In this document: one piece after another, positions 26,851 to 36,808 of the stretch
Layout: every line of letters starts with the position of its first letter
How positions within the stretch are numbered: the first letter of the stretch is position 1
Assembly: GCA_044345055.1 (NCBI GenBank)
Contig: JBIJBT010000012.1
Coordinates: forward strand, 1-45,768
Length of the DNA stretch: 45,768 nt
From: Bdellovibrionota bacterium
Lineage (GTDB): Bacteria > Bdellovibrionota_C > UBA2361 > OMIW01
Reading direction: 5' to 3'
Made by a program: the position numbers and the translations under genes
The notes under the pieces: generated by a model
What the model was told of the DNA's origin: nothing
The model's input: the letters and a program-made list of their open reading frames with translations, nothing else
The model's database searches: none

Positions 26851-28308
26851 ATGTCGCGTGTTTTAGTTGTCGAGGAGGATCCGCAGCTTCAAAAGATGCT
26901 CACTCTGATGTTGCAGCGAGAGGGGCACGAAGTTGCGATCTGCTTCGATGGACAGGGAGCTATTGAACGTATTTCTGACGAATCACCCGATCTGGTGATT
27001 CTTGATTATGTGCTTCCCGATTGCAGTGCGGCGCTTGTGCTATCTCTAAGAGAGCGGATAGGTCGAGTGCCTCTTATTGTTGCAATGAATGGGGCGACGG
27101 TTCCTTTGGCGGTTGAGCTGATGCGGGCAGGAGCCAGCGATGTTTTGACAAAGCCATTCTCTGGCCCTGAACTTCTCTCTGCGGTGGCTCGGGCAGTTGG
27201 GTCTGGAGATACGACAGCACCGATTCATAATATTTCTGAGGCGCCCCGAAAGAGGGCAATTATTACACGTGATCCTCTAATGATCCGTACGTTGGAGATC
27301 GCAGGGGCGGTTGCACGAAGCGATGCAACGGTGCTGATTCAGGGTGAATCGGGTACTGGAAAGGAGTTGATGGCGAGGCTGATTCACGATTCTAGTCCTC
27401 GACGTAATGAGCCATTTGTGGCGGTAAATTGTGCAGCGCTCCCGAGTGCGCTCCTTGAGAGTGAACTATTCGGACATGAAAAAGGTGCTTTTACTGGTGC
27501 GCACGCTCGCAAAATAGGAAAGTTCGAGCTTGCTCATCGTGGCACAATTTTGCTCGATGAAGTTTCCGAGATGGAGCTTTTACTTCAGGCAAAACTGCTA
27601 CGTGTTTTGCAGGAGAGGGAGGTCGATAGAGTTGGTGGTAAAGATCCAGTTTCGGTTGACGTAAGGGTAGTCGCAACGACGAATCGAAAGCTTGAAGAGA
27701 TGGTTCGTTCGGGTGGCTTTCGCGCTGATCTTTATTATCGTCTCAACGTCATTCCTCTTACACTCCCCTCGTTACGTCAGCGGCCGAATGATATTCCGGT
27801 GTTGGCGGAGTATTTTATGAAGCAGATTCTTGGGAAACAGGCACCAGCCCTTACCACTGATGTTATTGCGATGCTACGGAGTGCAGCGTGGCCTGGAAAT
27901 ATTCGTGAATTGCGAAATGCAGTTGAGCGAGCGGCGATATTGGCGCAGGGAGCGGTTCCGCGTCAGGAAGATTTTCTAATGGACCTAGCATCGCTCGAGA
28001 AACGGTTTGCGGTTTCCGAGGAGATAGCTCCGATACAGGGTGGAGGAGAGGAAGATGAATCACCGCTTCCATTGCTTTCTGTTCAAGCGGGAGGTGGTGA
28101 TTTACTCCGTATTCGATCGGGTATGACGGTTCATGATGTCGAAAAATCACTAATCTTAGAGACTTTGCGCTCGACCGGTAATAATCGCACTCAGGCGGCT
28201 AATCTTCTCGGAATTAGTGTGCGAACGCTACGGAATAAACTCGCTGAATATAGGCTTCCCGCTGATTTTGAGGGGGATGATGCCATAGATGAGGCATCAT
28301 CGGGTTGA
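26851..28308 (+). CDS. sigma54-dependent response regulator (REC-AAA+-HTH), FleR/FlrC/FlbD-like
   Basis: REC VLVVEED...VILD...LTKPF; GESGTGKE and GAFTGA; the HTH LGISVRTLRNKL resembles FlbD-type flagellar activators. Alternative GTG start at 26845. Confidence 0.9.
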   Translation: MSRVLVVEEDPQLQKMLTLMLQREGHEVAICFDGQGAIERISDESPDLVILDYVLPDCSAALVLSLRERIGRVPLIVAMNGATVPLAVELMRAGASDVLTKPFSGPELLSAVARAVGSGDTTAPIHNISEAPRKRAIITRDPLMIRTLEIAGAVARSDATVLIQGESGTGKELMARLIHDSSPRRNEPFVAVNCAALPSALLESELFGHEKGAFTGAHARKIGKFELAHRGTILLDEVSEMELLLQAKLLRVLQEREVDRVGGKDPVSVDVRVVATTNRKLEEMVRSGGFRADLYYRLNVIPLTLPSLRQRPNDIPVLAEYFMKQILGKQAPALTTDVIAMLRSAAWPGNIRELRNAVERAAILAQGAVPRQEDFLMDLASLEKRFAVSEEIAPIQGGGEEDESPLPLLSVQAGGGDLLRIRSGMTVHDVEKSLILETLRSTGNNRTQAANLLGISVRTLRNKLAEYRLPADFEGDDAIDEASSG

Positions 28309-28333
28309 GGATCACAAGAGAGATAAAAGCCTA

Positions 28334-29623
28334 TTAATTTCGCTTGCCGATAGATTGTCTCAAAAGTTCAAGAGCTCTATCTTCTGCTCTGCCCTGTTGC
28401 GATGAACCGTCCCGTTGAGCTGTTTGGCCTTTTTGGGGAGGAAGAATCGAAGGGGCTCCTTGTCCATTTCCCTTATCGACAAGGGACGGACCTCCCGAAG
28501 CGTTAAAGGAAAGATCCTTCGCAGCTATCCACACTCGAATCCCTTGAGGAGAAAGCACTCGATACCAATCTCCTGAACGCCGCTCAACAGCAACCCGAGA
28601 ACTTTCCGGTAGAGTTTCGATCACCGCAGCCGAACTGCTAGGTTCTTCTCGTCCAGCGGCGGAAGCCGCTATTATCGTCGCTATCGGCGCATCTCTATCT
28701 GCTTGGAGAGCGCCAGCAGGTGAAGGACGGCTGCCAGAGATCTGGTCGATATTTGAGGGGGCGCGGCGACTAGTGGGATTATATTCACCTTCAGAGTTGG
28801 GTGCCCTGCGTGGCGGGCTGGGACGCCCATCTGAGGGTGAACCTGAGGCACGATCAAGGTATGCCCGCCCCTGATCATTTAGAAATTCATTTAGACGCTC
28901 GACCTCGGTCTCTGAGGTAACAAGCTGGCGCTGTGCTGCTTCTAGCTCCGCTTCGACCTGACGATTGCGCGTTGTGAGAGCTGCTACTCGCTCACGAAGA
29001 AGAGTAAGCTCAACATCTCTTGGGTCTCTGATATTTTTCGGTGCGGGGGGTGATGAAACCGGTCGAGTGCCCGTTGATGCGGGGCTTTGAGCCGATGTTT
29101 TTGTCACCTTTTGGGCGGCAGCTCTGTTTTGGATGGTAGCCGGTTGCCGCTGTTGATTGGAGAGGGTCGGTTTGGATTTATCGGCGGGAGTCTCTTTTTT
29201 TGGGAGGTTAACTGGGGTAATTGAAATAGCTGGTTTGCCCTCAGTGTTCTCGATGGCATCCGCTTGTTTTCCACGCGCCGCAAGAAGGAGCGATTCCTCT
29301 TGCTTCCTTAATTCCTCTTCTTCGCGCCGCAGATCTTCAAGAGAAGGCGCGGCCGCAACCGCAGCACTTTTGGAGGGTGGATTGGTGGGCTGAGAGAGGG
29401 CTAACGAGGGGTAGAGGAGTTGGGGAAAAAGGGCGAACGCACCATAGAAAAACGGAAGAATATGACGCACCGAAGTTAAGCGCACAGAGGTTAAGCGGGT
29501 GCGCGACGTTCTACTTCGCAATTTTTTAAAGTCAGCTATTTGATGGTACTCCTGTTCCCGATAGAGGAGCAGTCGGTCTCCCGTTTTTACCTCAAATCGC
29601 TGCACCATCGTTGATCCATCCAC
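28334..29623 (-). CDS. Exported protein with coiled coils, Pro/Ser-rich linkers and a C-terminal bacterial SH3 domain
   Basis: SH3b-like REEPSSSAAVIETL...GDWYRVLSPQGIRVWI; heptad segment LLRERVAALTTRNRQVEAELE. The true start may be the GTG at 29470, which gives a signal peptide. Confidence 0.7.
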   Translation of the reverse strand: MDGSTMVQRFEVKTGDRLLLYREQEYHQIADFKKLRSRTSRTRLTSVRLTSVRHILPFFYGAFALFPQLLYPSLALSQPTNPPSKSAAVAAAPSLEDLRREEEELRKQEESLLLAARGKQADAIENTEGKPAISITPVNLPKKETPADKSKPTLSNQQRQPATIQNRAAAQKVTKTSAQSPASTGTRPVSSPPAPKNIRDPRDVELTLLRERVAALTTRNRQVEAELEAAQRQLVTSETEVERLNEFLNDQGRAYLDRASGSPSDGRPSPPRRAPNSEGEYNPTSRRAPSNIDQISGSRPSPAGALQADRDAPIATIIAASAAGREEPSSSAAVIETLPESSRVAVERRSGDWYRVLSPQGIRVWIAAKDLSFNASGGPSLVDKGNGQGAPSILPPQKGQTAQRDGSSQQGRAEDRALELLRQSIGKRN

Positions 29624-29682
29624 TATGAGTAAAGATTAATCTATTAATCAAAAAATTTTGATACTATATAAACAGGAGCTGA

Positions 29683-30207
29683 TTAACTGAACCCTTCGGC
29701 ACGTTCCTTCCTTCCGAGCCCTTGACGCTTGTCCCTTTCAAACTGGATAACTTGTCGAAAATAGTAGGGAGCGGCGATTCCTGACATTACTATCTCAACA
29801 TCACTACTGGCCGCAGTGCTGATATTCATCTTTCCGGTATCTAGCAGTCTATCAATAAGAGATTGCTGCACATCCATCGCGCGAATATCTTCGAACCGAA
29901 TCCGTACAACCATCTGGTTGAGGCTTAAAACTCCGTGCCTCGCCTCGAGACCTCGTGGATCAATTAGGTACCGCACATTATAGATGCGGTAGAGCCCTTG
30001 GAAGAGCACCCCAGCAGGAATAAAAATTGCTAGGGGGAGACTCAGATTTATCACCATCCCCTGAATCTCTATAAGGGGACCCGTGATCACGGTAAACGGA
30101 AGGTACACCGTCAATGCGTAGGCAACTGGGCACAGCAAGATAAAGGCGACCGCCGTTGAGATTTCTGAGCGCCATGCTCTTGGAATTACCACGCTGCCCG
30201 AGGCCAT
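29683..30207 (-). CDS. Membrane protein with a bacterial PH (bPH_2) domain
   Basis: Two transmembrane segments, then RYLIDPRGLEARHGVL...IRFEDIR..DVQQSLIDRLLDTGKMNISTA; GAGG RBS. Confidence 0.8.
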   Translation of the reverse strand: MASGSVVIPRAWRSEISTAVAFILLCPVAYALTVYLPFTVITGPLIEIQGMVINLSLPLAIFIPAGVLFQGLYRIYNVRYLIDPRGLEARHGVLSLNQMVVRIRFEDIRAMDVQQSLIDRLLDTGKMNISTAASSDVEIVMSGIAAPYYFRQVIQFERDKRQGLGRKERAEGFS

Positions 30208-30337
30208 ACGTCGAGGTATCCTCTTTTACTGGTTTTGATTATCTGGCAGTCCTGCCTCTTGCTTACGAAGGGTGAGACAAACGAGATTGAGGAGAGTTAC
30301 TCCACAGCAAGACTCTGATGGTGCCAGTAGGGTTTAA

Positions 30338-30730
30338 TTAACGCAACCCGAGTTCACGCTCGATTTCATCGAAACCGCCATCTTCCTCCTGTTCGGTTCC
30401 AGAGTCTTCTCCGGTACCTGCTAGAGGATCGAATCCTTCATCTTGCGCTACAAAACCGCTTGAATCATTCGATGCAGGTCGCTCCGTTTTACCACGTTTA
30501 TCTGTTGTTAAATCGTCATCATTTTCCCACTGGCTAAGGGAGCTAGGCGCCTGACTCTGCTCTTCAATTACAGAGTTACCATTGTTTTGCATTCGGGTAT
30601 TAAGGTTTAAACCCAAGCCACCTCCCGACATACGAAATGCGGCAAATAATACGATCGCCAGCACCATTGAAATAATATTCGTTTTGCTTGTCCACGGAGC
30701 CCGGAGGTCCTGTATCTCGATCATTGCCAT
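30338..30730 (-). CDS. Hypothetical single-pass membrane protein with an acidic disordered tail
   Basis: TM segment IISMVLAIVLFAAF; Asp/Glu-rich C-terminus ending FDEIERELGLR; AAGGGG RBS. Confidence 0.7.
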   Translation of the reverse strand: MAMIEIQDLRAPWTSKTNIISMVLAIVLFAAFRMSGGGLGLNLNTRMQNNGNSVIEEQSQAPSSLSQWENDDDLTTDKRGKTERPASNDSSGFVAQDEGFDPLAGTGEDSGTEQEEDGGFDEIERELGLR

Positions 30731-30854
30731 AACTGCCCCTTATCCTACAATCCGCTCCCTGAAGATATGACGAAACTATCAAATAAAGTCGCCTGAGTCA
30801 TGTTAGATAATAAAAAACGTAGAAATTTTAGGGGGTTTAGATTGCATCGCTTCG

Positions 30855-31640
30855 TTAAATCCCGCTTGGTTCGTCAATAAAGCTCGTGCGTAGGTTCCAG
30901 TTCTTCTTAATACTTTGTTGCTCTATTCGTTGTTGAAGTGCGAGTACTCCTATGGTTTCTGTTGCGTAGTGACCTGCAAAAAGGGCTGATTGACGCAGCT
31001 CTTTGGCAAGGTGATAGGCTTCGTGCTTTGGCTCCCCCGAAATAAAGAGATCGATATCAGCTCGAGCGCATTCCTCAAGCGCGAATGAGCCAGAGCCGGT
31101 GACGATTGCAACGGTTGAAAATGATGATTTTCCAAAAGGAAGGACTAGGTGGGGCGATGCTCCGTGAAGTTTCTGAAGAATCGAAGATGCAGATTCAAAG
31201 GTCATGGATTGGGAGCATCTGCCCCAACAGCCAACAGGGCCGCCTTTGTAAAAACAGAACGGTTTAACATCGTTTAGACCCAAAATCTGAGCGATTTGAG
31301 CGCCGTTTCCGACCTCTTGGTGACCATCAAGGGGGAGGTGAGACCCGTACAACGAGCAACCTCCCTCGATAAGCAGCTTTACTTTTCGGGCTAACGGGCC
31401 GGTAATGGGGGCTGGAGCTGCGGACCATAGCAAGCCGTGATGTACAACGAGCAGGTCGGCTCCACGAGAGACCGCTTCGGCGATGACACTTTCGCCCGCA
31501 TCGACCGCAAATGCGATGTGAGTCACCTTGCCGCTACCTGCATCGACCTGGAGTCCGTTTTGGCTTGAATCTAGGTAGGCAAGCGGCGGGAGAAGCTCGT
31601 CGAGGAATTTGGTAATCGATGAAAGTGAGGGGTGTGTCAT
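30855..31640 (-). CDS. ybgI: Nif3-like dinuclear metal centre protein (YbgI, GTP cyclohydrolase 1 type 2 family)
   Basis: NGLQV, AVDA, VHHGLLW, HLPLDGH, ISGE and AGHYATE. Confidence 0.92.
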   Translation of the reverse strand: MTHPSLSSITKFLDELLPPLAYLDSSQNGLQVDAGSGKVTHIAFAVDAGESVIAEAVSRGADLLVVHHGLLWSAAPAPITGPLARKVKLLIEGGCSLYGSHLPLDGHQEVGNGAQIAQILGLNDVKPFCFYKGGPVGCWGRCSQSMTFESASSILQKLHGASPHLVLPFGKSSFSTVAIVTGSGSFALEECARADIDLFISGEPKHEAYHLAKELRQSALFAGHYATETIGVLALQQRIEQQSIKKNWNLRTSFIDEPSGI

Positions 31641-31894
31641 TGGGTAACAGGTTCTCGGGGAAAAAAGGTCTCAGTAAAAAATTCACGGTATCAAAGTTTA
31701 GCCACTAAATCAGAGAGGTTCCAAATAGTTGTGTCAAGAACCCTCCTTGGCAGTCAAATAGTGCCCATGTTCAGCTACTTTGCATAATTTCTCTTTAGTT
31801 GGCTTACATACCTCCCTTTACTAAACGGGTAACCATCATCTATGGTACGGGTCGGTAAAAGGTCAACCCCTTAAACGCATCGTTCGGACGACCT

Positions 31895-31930
31895 TTTTAA
31901 CTTCGCGCTCAGTTTTAACCTCGCGCTCAG
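31895..31930. repeat. 18-bp tandem duplication in the nif3/accD divergent intergenic region
   Basis: TTTTAACTTCGCGCTCAG followed by TTTTAACCTCGCGCTCAG (1 mismatch). Confidence 0.85.
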
Positions 31931-32052
31931 CGATGTTGAAATAGTAAGGGTGGGTACGCGCAGAGCGCTAATCTTCGCACGATATCCGATAATCAATAAA
32001 CCCTGTAATTACCATACGCAATAAATATAGGCCGTAATCGAAGGTACCGCTC

Positions 32053-32919
32053 ATGGGATGGTTGACACGAAAAAAGCAGAAGCCTCAGACAGACGACTCC
32101 GATAGATCACAGATGCCGGATGACATCTGGTCAAAATGTAGCTCTTGTGGAGCCATACTTTATACGAAGGAAGATAGGCGAAATCTCGAGGTTTGTATTA
32201 AGTGTGGGCACCATGCGCGTCTCTCGGCGAGAAAACGGCTCGAGTATTTGGCGGATCGCAATTCATTTATCGAGCTCGATGCTCAGCTTCGATCGACCGA
32301 TCCGCTAGGGTGGCGGGATGACGAAAAGGGGAAATACCGCGATTATTTGACGAAGCTCCGAAGTAAATCCAAGACCGGTGGGCCTCTTGAGGCGATGATA
32401 ACAGGGCGGTGTCGGATCTTGAATGTGCCGGTCATGCTGGGGGTGTTCGACCCGACCTTTATGATGGGGAGCATGGGGTCGGTCGTTGGAGAGAAAATTG
32501 TTCGGCTGATTGAGCTGGCTATTCAGGACCGCCGACCGGTAGTGGTTCTTTCGGCTTCAGGGGGTGCTCGGATGCACGAGGGAATATTCTCTCTGATGCA
32601 ACTTGCAAAAGTTAGTGCAGCGATTGCGCGCCTTGGTGCAGAGCGAATTCCCTTTATATCGGTTTTAACCGATCCAACAACTGGCGGAGTGGCTGCCTCA
32701 ATTGCGATGCAAGGAGATGTTATTATCGCTGAACCTCGAGCGCTGATTGGGTTTGCGGGTCCTCGAGTTATCGAACAGACGATCAAGCAGAAGCTCCCAC
32801 AGGGATTTCAGCGCTCTGAGTTCTTGCTGGAGCACGGTATGATCGATCGCATCGTTCCCCGAGCCGAAATGCGCGATGAGCTTGCGCGATTGTTGCGCAA
32901 TCTTGGATTTGGCGCTTAA
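32053..32919 (+). CDS. accD: Acetyl-CoA carboxylase carboxyltransferase beta subunit
   Basis: Zn ribbon WSKCSSC...VCIKC, FMMGSMGSVVGEK, SGGARMHEG, DPTTGGV, GFAGPRVIEQT and FQRSEFL. Confidence 0.97.
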   Translation: MGWLTRKKQKPQTDDSDRSQMPDDIWSKCSSCGAILYTKEDRRNLEVCIKCGHHARLSARKRLEYLADRNSFIELDAQLRSTDPLGWRDDEKGKYRDYLTKLRSKSKTGGPLEAMITGRCRILNVPVMLGVFDPTFMMGSMGSVVGEKIVRLIELAIQDRRPVVVLSASGGARMHEGIFSLMQLAKVSAAIARLGAERIPFISVLTDPTTGGVAASIAMQGDVIIAEPRALIGFAGPRVIEQTIKQKLPQGFQRSEFLLEHGMIDRIVPRAEMRDELARLLRNLGFGA

Positions 32920-33026
32920 CGGGAGTTGAGATCTGAGCGAAAATCCTCGCGACTTTGCGACCAATTGTTGGTTCGATAGAGCGGCGCGGGGTAAAAGATA
33001 TCCACGACAACCAGGAGATCCGTCGA

Positions 33027-35600
33027 ATGACTGAAAGGGGTCAAAATATGCACCCAGTGAGGGCAATCTATTGCCTGGCTCTCGTGACGTTCGTATTTGT
33101 GGTGTTTTGGCTTAGGGGAGCCGCTGTTTCGGCACAAGATCAGCCGGTCGATCCGTCGAATCAGGTACAATCGAATCAGACCTGGCAACGGCTCTTTTCG
33201 GAGGATCTTGCTCAAGTTAAGCGGAAGCGCCAGGCTGAACGCAAGGGAGCTTTGGCGGTCGAAAAGCCGAAAGAAGATTCGGTAGGGGTGAGTGCTCCAA
33301 ATGTCGAATACTCTCAGGATGGTAAAACTATTTCGGCGCGTGGAGGAGTCGTTGTATCGCGCGGTGGTGTGCAGGTTGAGGCAGAAGAGGCTACGGTAAA
33401 TCTTGAGTCGAAAGAGGCATCCTTCAATGGCGGTCTGCTAATCAGCTCGGCGTCGGGGTCGTTGGCGGCGGAGAAAGGGGTTGTTGATTTCGATAAGGAG
33501 GTTGGGGTTTTCGAGAATGTTCAGTTCTCTTATGAAGAGGGAGGCTATCGAATCGAAGCGGGGAAGGCGGTAAAGCTTTCGGAGAACGAATACGAACTTA
33601 CGGACACGGTATTAACTACCTGTGATTGTCGAGAGGGTGACATTCCGTGGTCTCTTTCGGGACGGCGAGCTTCGATAACGCAAGGGGGCTACGCTCATAC
33701 TACCGATCTGATGCTCCGAGTACGCGGCGTGCCGGTGCTGTACGCTCCTTATTTTGTTTTTCCGGTAAAAACTGACCGAGCAGCGGGGCTTTTAGTTCCA
33801 CAGCTGGGCCAAAGCAATCGAGATGGATTTCGCTATTGGCAGCCGATATTTCTTCCGCTTGATGGGTCGACCGATCTTACAGTGACCCCATTTGTTGAGA
33901 CAGAATCGCGATATGGCTCTAGCTTCAAGTTCCGCAAAGAGGTCTCACTGAGAAACTCTCTACGTGGGAAGTTCCTCTATTCTAATGAGTCCGCACGAGA
34001 GGGAGAGTTGCGGGGTCTTCAGGTTCCTCCCGACCTTCCTCCAGGGACTCTTCCCGATATTGGGACCGATCGAATTGGATTGATGTATGGTCAGAGTTGG
34101 CGCTCTGATGATACTGCGATCGTGCCGAGCAGCTTTGCGGCGGATATCCGGTATACGAGCGACGACGAGTTTCTGAGGGAGATTCGGGACCCCGATTTTG
34201 GATTCGCAACAACGAGGTATCAAACCTCCTCGGTGCTATTTCAGTCGTTCCTTACCCCTTCACTGACAGCGAGTTTGGGTAGCGAATATAACCAGGTGAT
34301 CGACTTTGATATTGCGCAGTCTGATGACTCGATTTTTCAGCGATTACCAGAGACATCGCTTGATGGTTCGTATCGGCTATACCCATTTGGCACAAATCCG
34401 CTCGGCCTCAAGATGATAGTTGGAGGGTCAGGGACGGTAACCTCTTTTGATCGAGAGGTTGGGTATGACGGCACTCGAACTCATCTGGCTCCCTCGGTAA
34501 CAGTCCCTTTTCACTACAAAAATATTTTCTTTGGTCGGGTTGGGGTAACTGGATACGACACCTTCTACCAGCTGCAGGATACCGCTCCTACGGACCCTTT
34601 TTCCTCCTCAGAGAATCGACGAACCGGCGCTTTTCAGTATACTATGGGGACGGCCCTCGAAAAATCGATGCCGGTTGAGGCGGGAGGCTTCTGGAGTTAT
34701 TTTACTGGTCTCGGAGCAGAGAGTGCCTCGTCTGAGTTGGTGAAGATCAAACATACGATTGAGCCAATTCTTCAGTACACATTTGTGCCTGATGTTGATA
34801 ACGATTCTCTGCCTCTGTTTGACTCGGTAGACCGGATCCGCAACAGAAGTCTCATTACAGTTGGTTTCGACTCCTCGGTCTTTGGAAAGTTCGAGAGTCG
34901 GCGCGGTTCCTCGACGATTATTCCGGAATTGGCACCTCGTCCTGCGGATCTCCCTGAACTAGGTTTTCAGGAGGGTATCCCGGAGATGTTTCTTGATGGC
35001 CCGAATTCGATGAATTATCGTACGCGGCAAGGAAGGAGAGTGAATGCGAGGGAATTGGTCACCTTCGCGGTACGGGAGAGTTACGATCATGTTGAAGCTC
35101 AGGACGATAGCGATCCGACTCGAGAGCCTTTCTCAGACATTTGGTTGGCTGCGGGGTTGAACCCCACCAATTACGTCACGGTTGCTGCGAATAGTTATGT
35201 GAGTCCTTACTCCGGTGCGTTGACCTCTTGGGGTACAACACTGTCGGCTCGAGATGATAGAGGAGATCGAATAGGGACGACTTACTCGTTTATCGACCCG
35301 TTCAATCCAGATGACTCCACCACAAATCAGCTAAGGGGTAATGCTGAATTGGTGCTAACTGACAGAGTTAAATTTGGCCTATATTCTCAGTATGATCTTG
35401 TCAGAAGCACCGCGATCGAGCAGGCAGTAGCGCTTCGATTTGTAAGTGCATGTAATTGCTGGCATGTTGATGTCGGGATGAGCAAGACTACCAACCCCGA
35501 TAATCAGCGAATCAATATTCGATTCGCTTTAACTGGGTTGGGAGATTTAGCGCAAGGATGGATGTACAGAAATGCGGCGATGATGGGACAGACTCAGTAA
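33027..35600 (+). CDS. lptD: LPS-assembly outer-membrane protein LptD (OstA)
   Basis: Signal or TM segment, beta-jellyroll region with TTC..PW, GVPVLYAPYFVFP..RAAGLL.P, KHTIEP and C-terminal CNCW. Start chosen after AGGAG; 33048 is also possible. Confidence 0.88.
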   Translation: MTERGQNMHPVRAIYCLALVTFVFVVFWLRGAAVSAQDQPVDPSNQVQSNQTWQRLFSEDLAQVKRKRQAERKGALAVEKPKEDSVGVSAPNVEYSQDGKTISARGGVVVSRGGVQVEAEEATVNLESKEASFNGGLLISSASGSLAAEKGVVDFDKEVGVFENVQFSYEEGGYRIEAGKAVKLSENEYELTDTVLTTCDCREGDIPWSLSGRRASITQGGYAHTTDLMLRVRGVPVLYAPYFVFPVKTDRAAGLLVPQLGQSNRDGFRYWQPIFLPLDGSTDLTVTPFVETESRYGSSFKFRKEVSLRNSLRGKFLYSNESAREGELRGLQVPPDLPPGTLPDIGTDRIGLMYGQSWRSDDTAIVPSSFAADIRYTSDDEFLREIRDPDFGFATTRYQTSSVLFQSFLTPSLTASLGSEYNQVIDFDIAQSDDSIFQRLPETSLDGSYRLYPFGTNPLGLKMIVGGSGTVTSFDREVGYDGTRTHLAPSVTVPFHYKNIFFGRVGVTGYDTFYQLQDTAPTDPFSSSENRRTGAFQYTMGTALEKSMPVEAGGFWSYFTGLGAESASSELVKIKHTIEPILQYTFVPDVDNDSLPLFDSVDRIRNRSLITVGFDSSVFGKFESRRGSSTIIPELAPRPADLPELGFQEGIPEMFLDGPNSMNYRTRQGRRVNARELVTFAVRESYDHVEAQDDSDPTREPFSDIWLAAGLNPTNYVTVAANSYVSPYSGALTSWGTTLSARDDRGDRIGTTYSFIDPFNPDDSTTNQLRGNAELVLTDRVKFGLYSQYDLVRSTAIEQAVALRFVSACNCWHVDVGMSKTTNPDNQRINIRFALTGLGDLAQGWMYRNAAMMGQTQ

Positions 35601-35662
35601 TAGCTGTTGATTCACTGGAAATTAAACCACCCCTGAATATTGGGCGGAGAGAGAGGTAAACC

Positions 35663-36709
35663 ATGAAGGTGTTAGTAACTGGAGGAGCTGGTTTTATCGG
35701 GAGTAATTTTGTCCGGTGGGTTGGGGAACACCGATCTTCGTGGCAGATAACTGTTCTTGATAACCTCTCTTATGCGGGAAACTTTGAAAATATCGCATCG
35801 TGTGTTGAAAGCGATGGAGTCCGTTTTGTGGCGGGCGATATCGGAGACCGCGAGGCCGTGACAGCTCTCTTTCGCGAGGGTTCGTTCGATTTGGTCTTTC
35901 ATTTTGCAGCTGAAAGTCACGTTGACCGCTCGATTTTGGGCGCTGCGCCATTTGTTATTACGAATGTGGTGGGTACGGAAGTTTTGCTCTCAGTAGCAAA
36001 GCAATATCCATCGTGTAGATTTATTCACGTTTCAACTGACGAGGTATACGGTTCGTTAGGTGAAACGGGAGCCTTTACGGAGGAGAGCCCTCTTGTTCCA
36101 TCGAGTCCCTATTCGGCATCAAAAGCGGGCTCAGATCTTCTTGCGCTTGCATTTGCACACACCTACGGACAGGACGTTATTGTCACCCGATGCACCAACA
36201 ATTACGGAAAATATCAGTTTCCAGAGAAATTTATCCCGCTATTCGTAACGAACGCGCTTGAGGATCGGGAGCTTCCGCTTTACGGCGATGGAATGAATGT
36301 GCGGAGCTGGATCCATGTTACCGATCACTGCCGAGCGTTAGTGATGATCGCTGAAGGGGGTCGAACTGGAGCTGTTTACAATGTGGGTGGAGGAGCCGAG
36401 TTCGAAAAACCGAATCGAGAAGTTGCTCTTCTTATTCTAAAACAGCTCGGAAAGAGTGAATCTCTACTTAAGTTCGTGGCAGATCGACTCGGTCACGACC
36501 GGCGATATGCGGTCGATTCTTCGCTTCTTCGTCACGAGCTGGGGTGGGCACCATTAGTTCCCTTTGAAAAGGGTGTTAAGGAAACGATCGATTGGTATCG
36601 TGAAAATCGGGGATGGTGGGAACGAATTAAATCGGGCGCCTATCGTGACTACTACGAACAGAACTACGGGAGCCGCGTTAATGCGGAAACAAAAGTGTGC
36701 TCTGGTTGA
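35663..36709 (+). CDS. rfbB: dTDP-glucose 4,6-dehydratase
   Basis: TGGAGFIGSNF, AAESHVDRSI, VSTDEVYG, YSASKA, NNYG.YQFPEK and DRLGHDRRY. Confidence 0.96.
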   Translation: MKVLVTGGAGFIGSNFVRWVGEHRSSWQITVLDNLSYAGNFENIASCVESDGVRFVAGDIGDREAVTALFREGSFDLVFHFAAESHVDRSILGAAPFVITNVVGTEVLLSVAKQYPSCRFIHVSTDEVYGSLGETGAFTEESPLVPSSPYSASKAGSDLLALAFAHTYGQDVIVTRCTNNYGKYQFPEKFIPLFVTNALEDRELPLYGDGMNVRSWIHVTDHCRALVMIAEGGRTGAVYNVGGGAEFEKPNREVALLILKQLGKSESLLKFVADRLGHDRRYAVDSSLLRHELGWAPLVPFEKGVKETIDWYRENRGWWERIKSGAYRDYYEQNYGSRVNAETKVCSG

Positions 36710-36808
36710 GGCGCGAGTATACTTTTAAATGTGGCTGCCCTTTTAAGGCAGTCTTGCGTTCAAAGCAACAAAAAAGCCCCCTTGGGTTGTGGCATTAGAT
36801 GGTTAGTT

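Noticed and set aside
29466..29497. Degenerate 15-bp duplication encoding RLTSV twice
   Set aside because: Only two imperfect copies near an uncertain start; no functional implication visible.
29647..29662. ATCAAAA-aa-TTTTGAT as an FNR box
   Set aside because: The arm order is the reverse of TTGAT-N4-ATCAA; likely an AT-rich chance palindrome.
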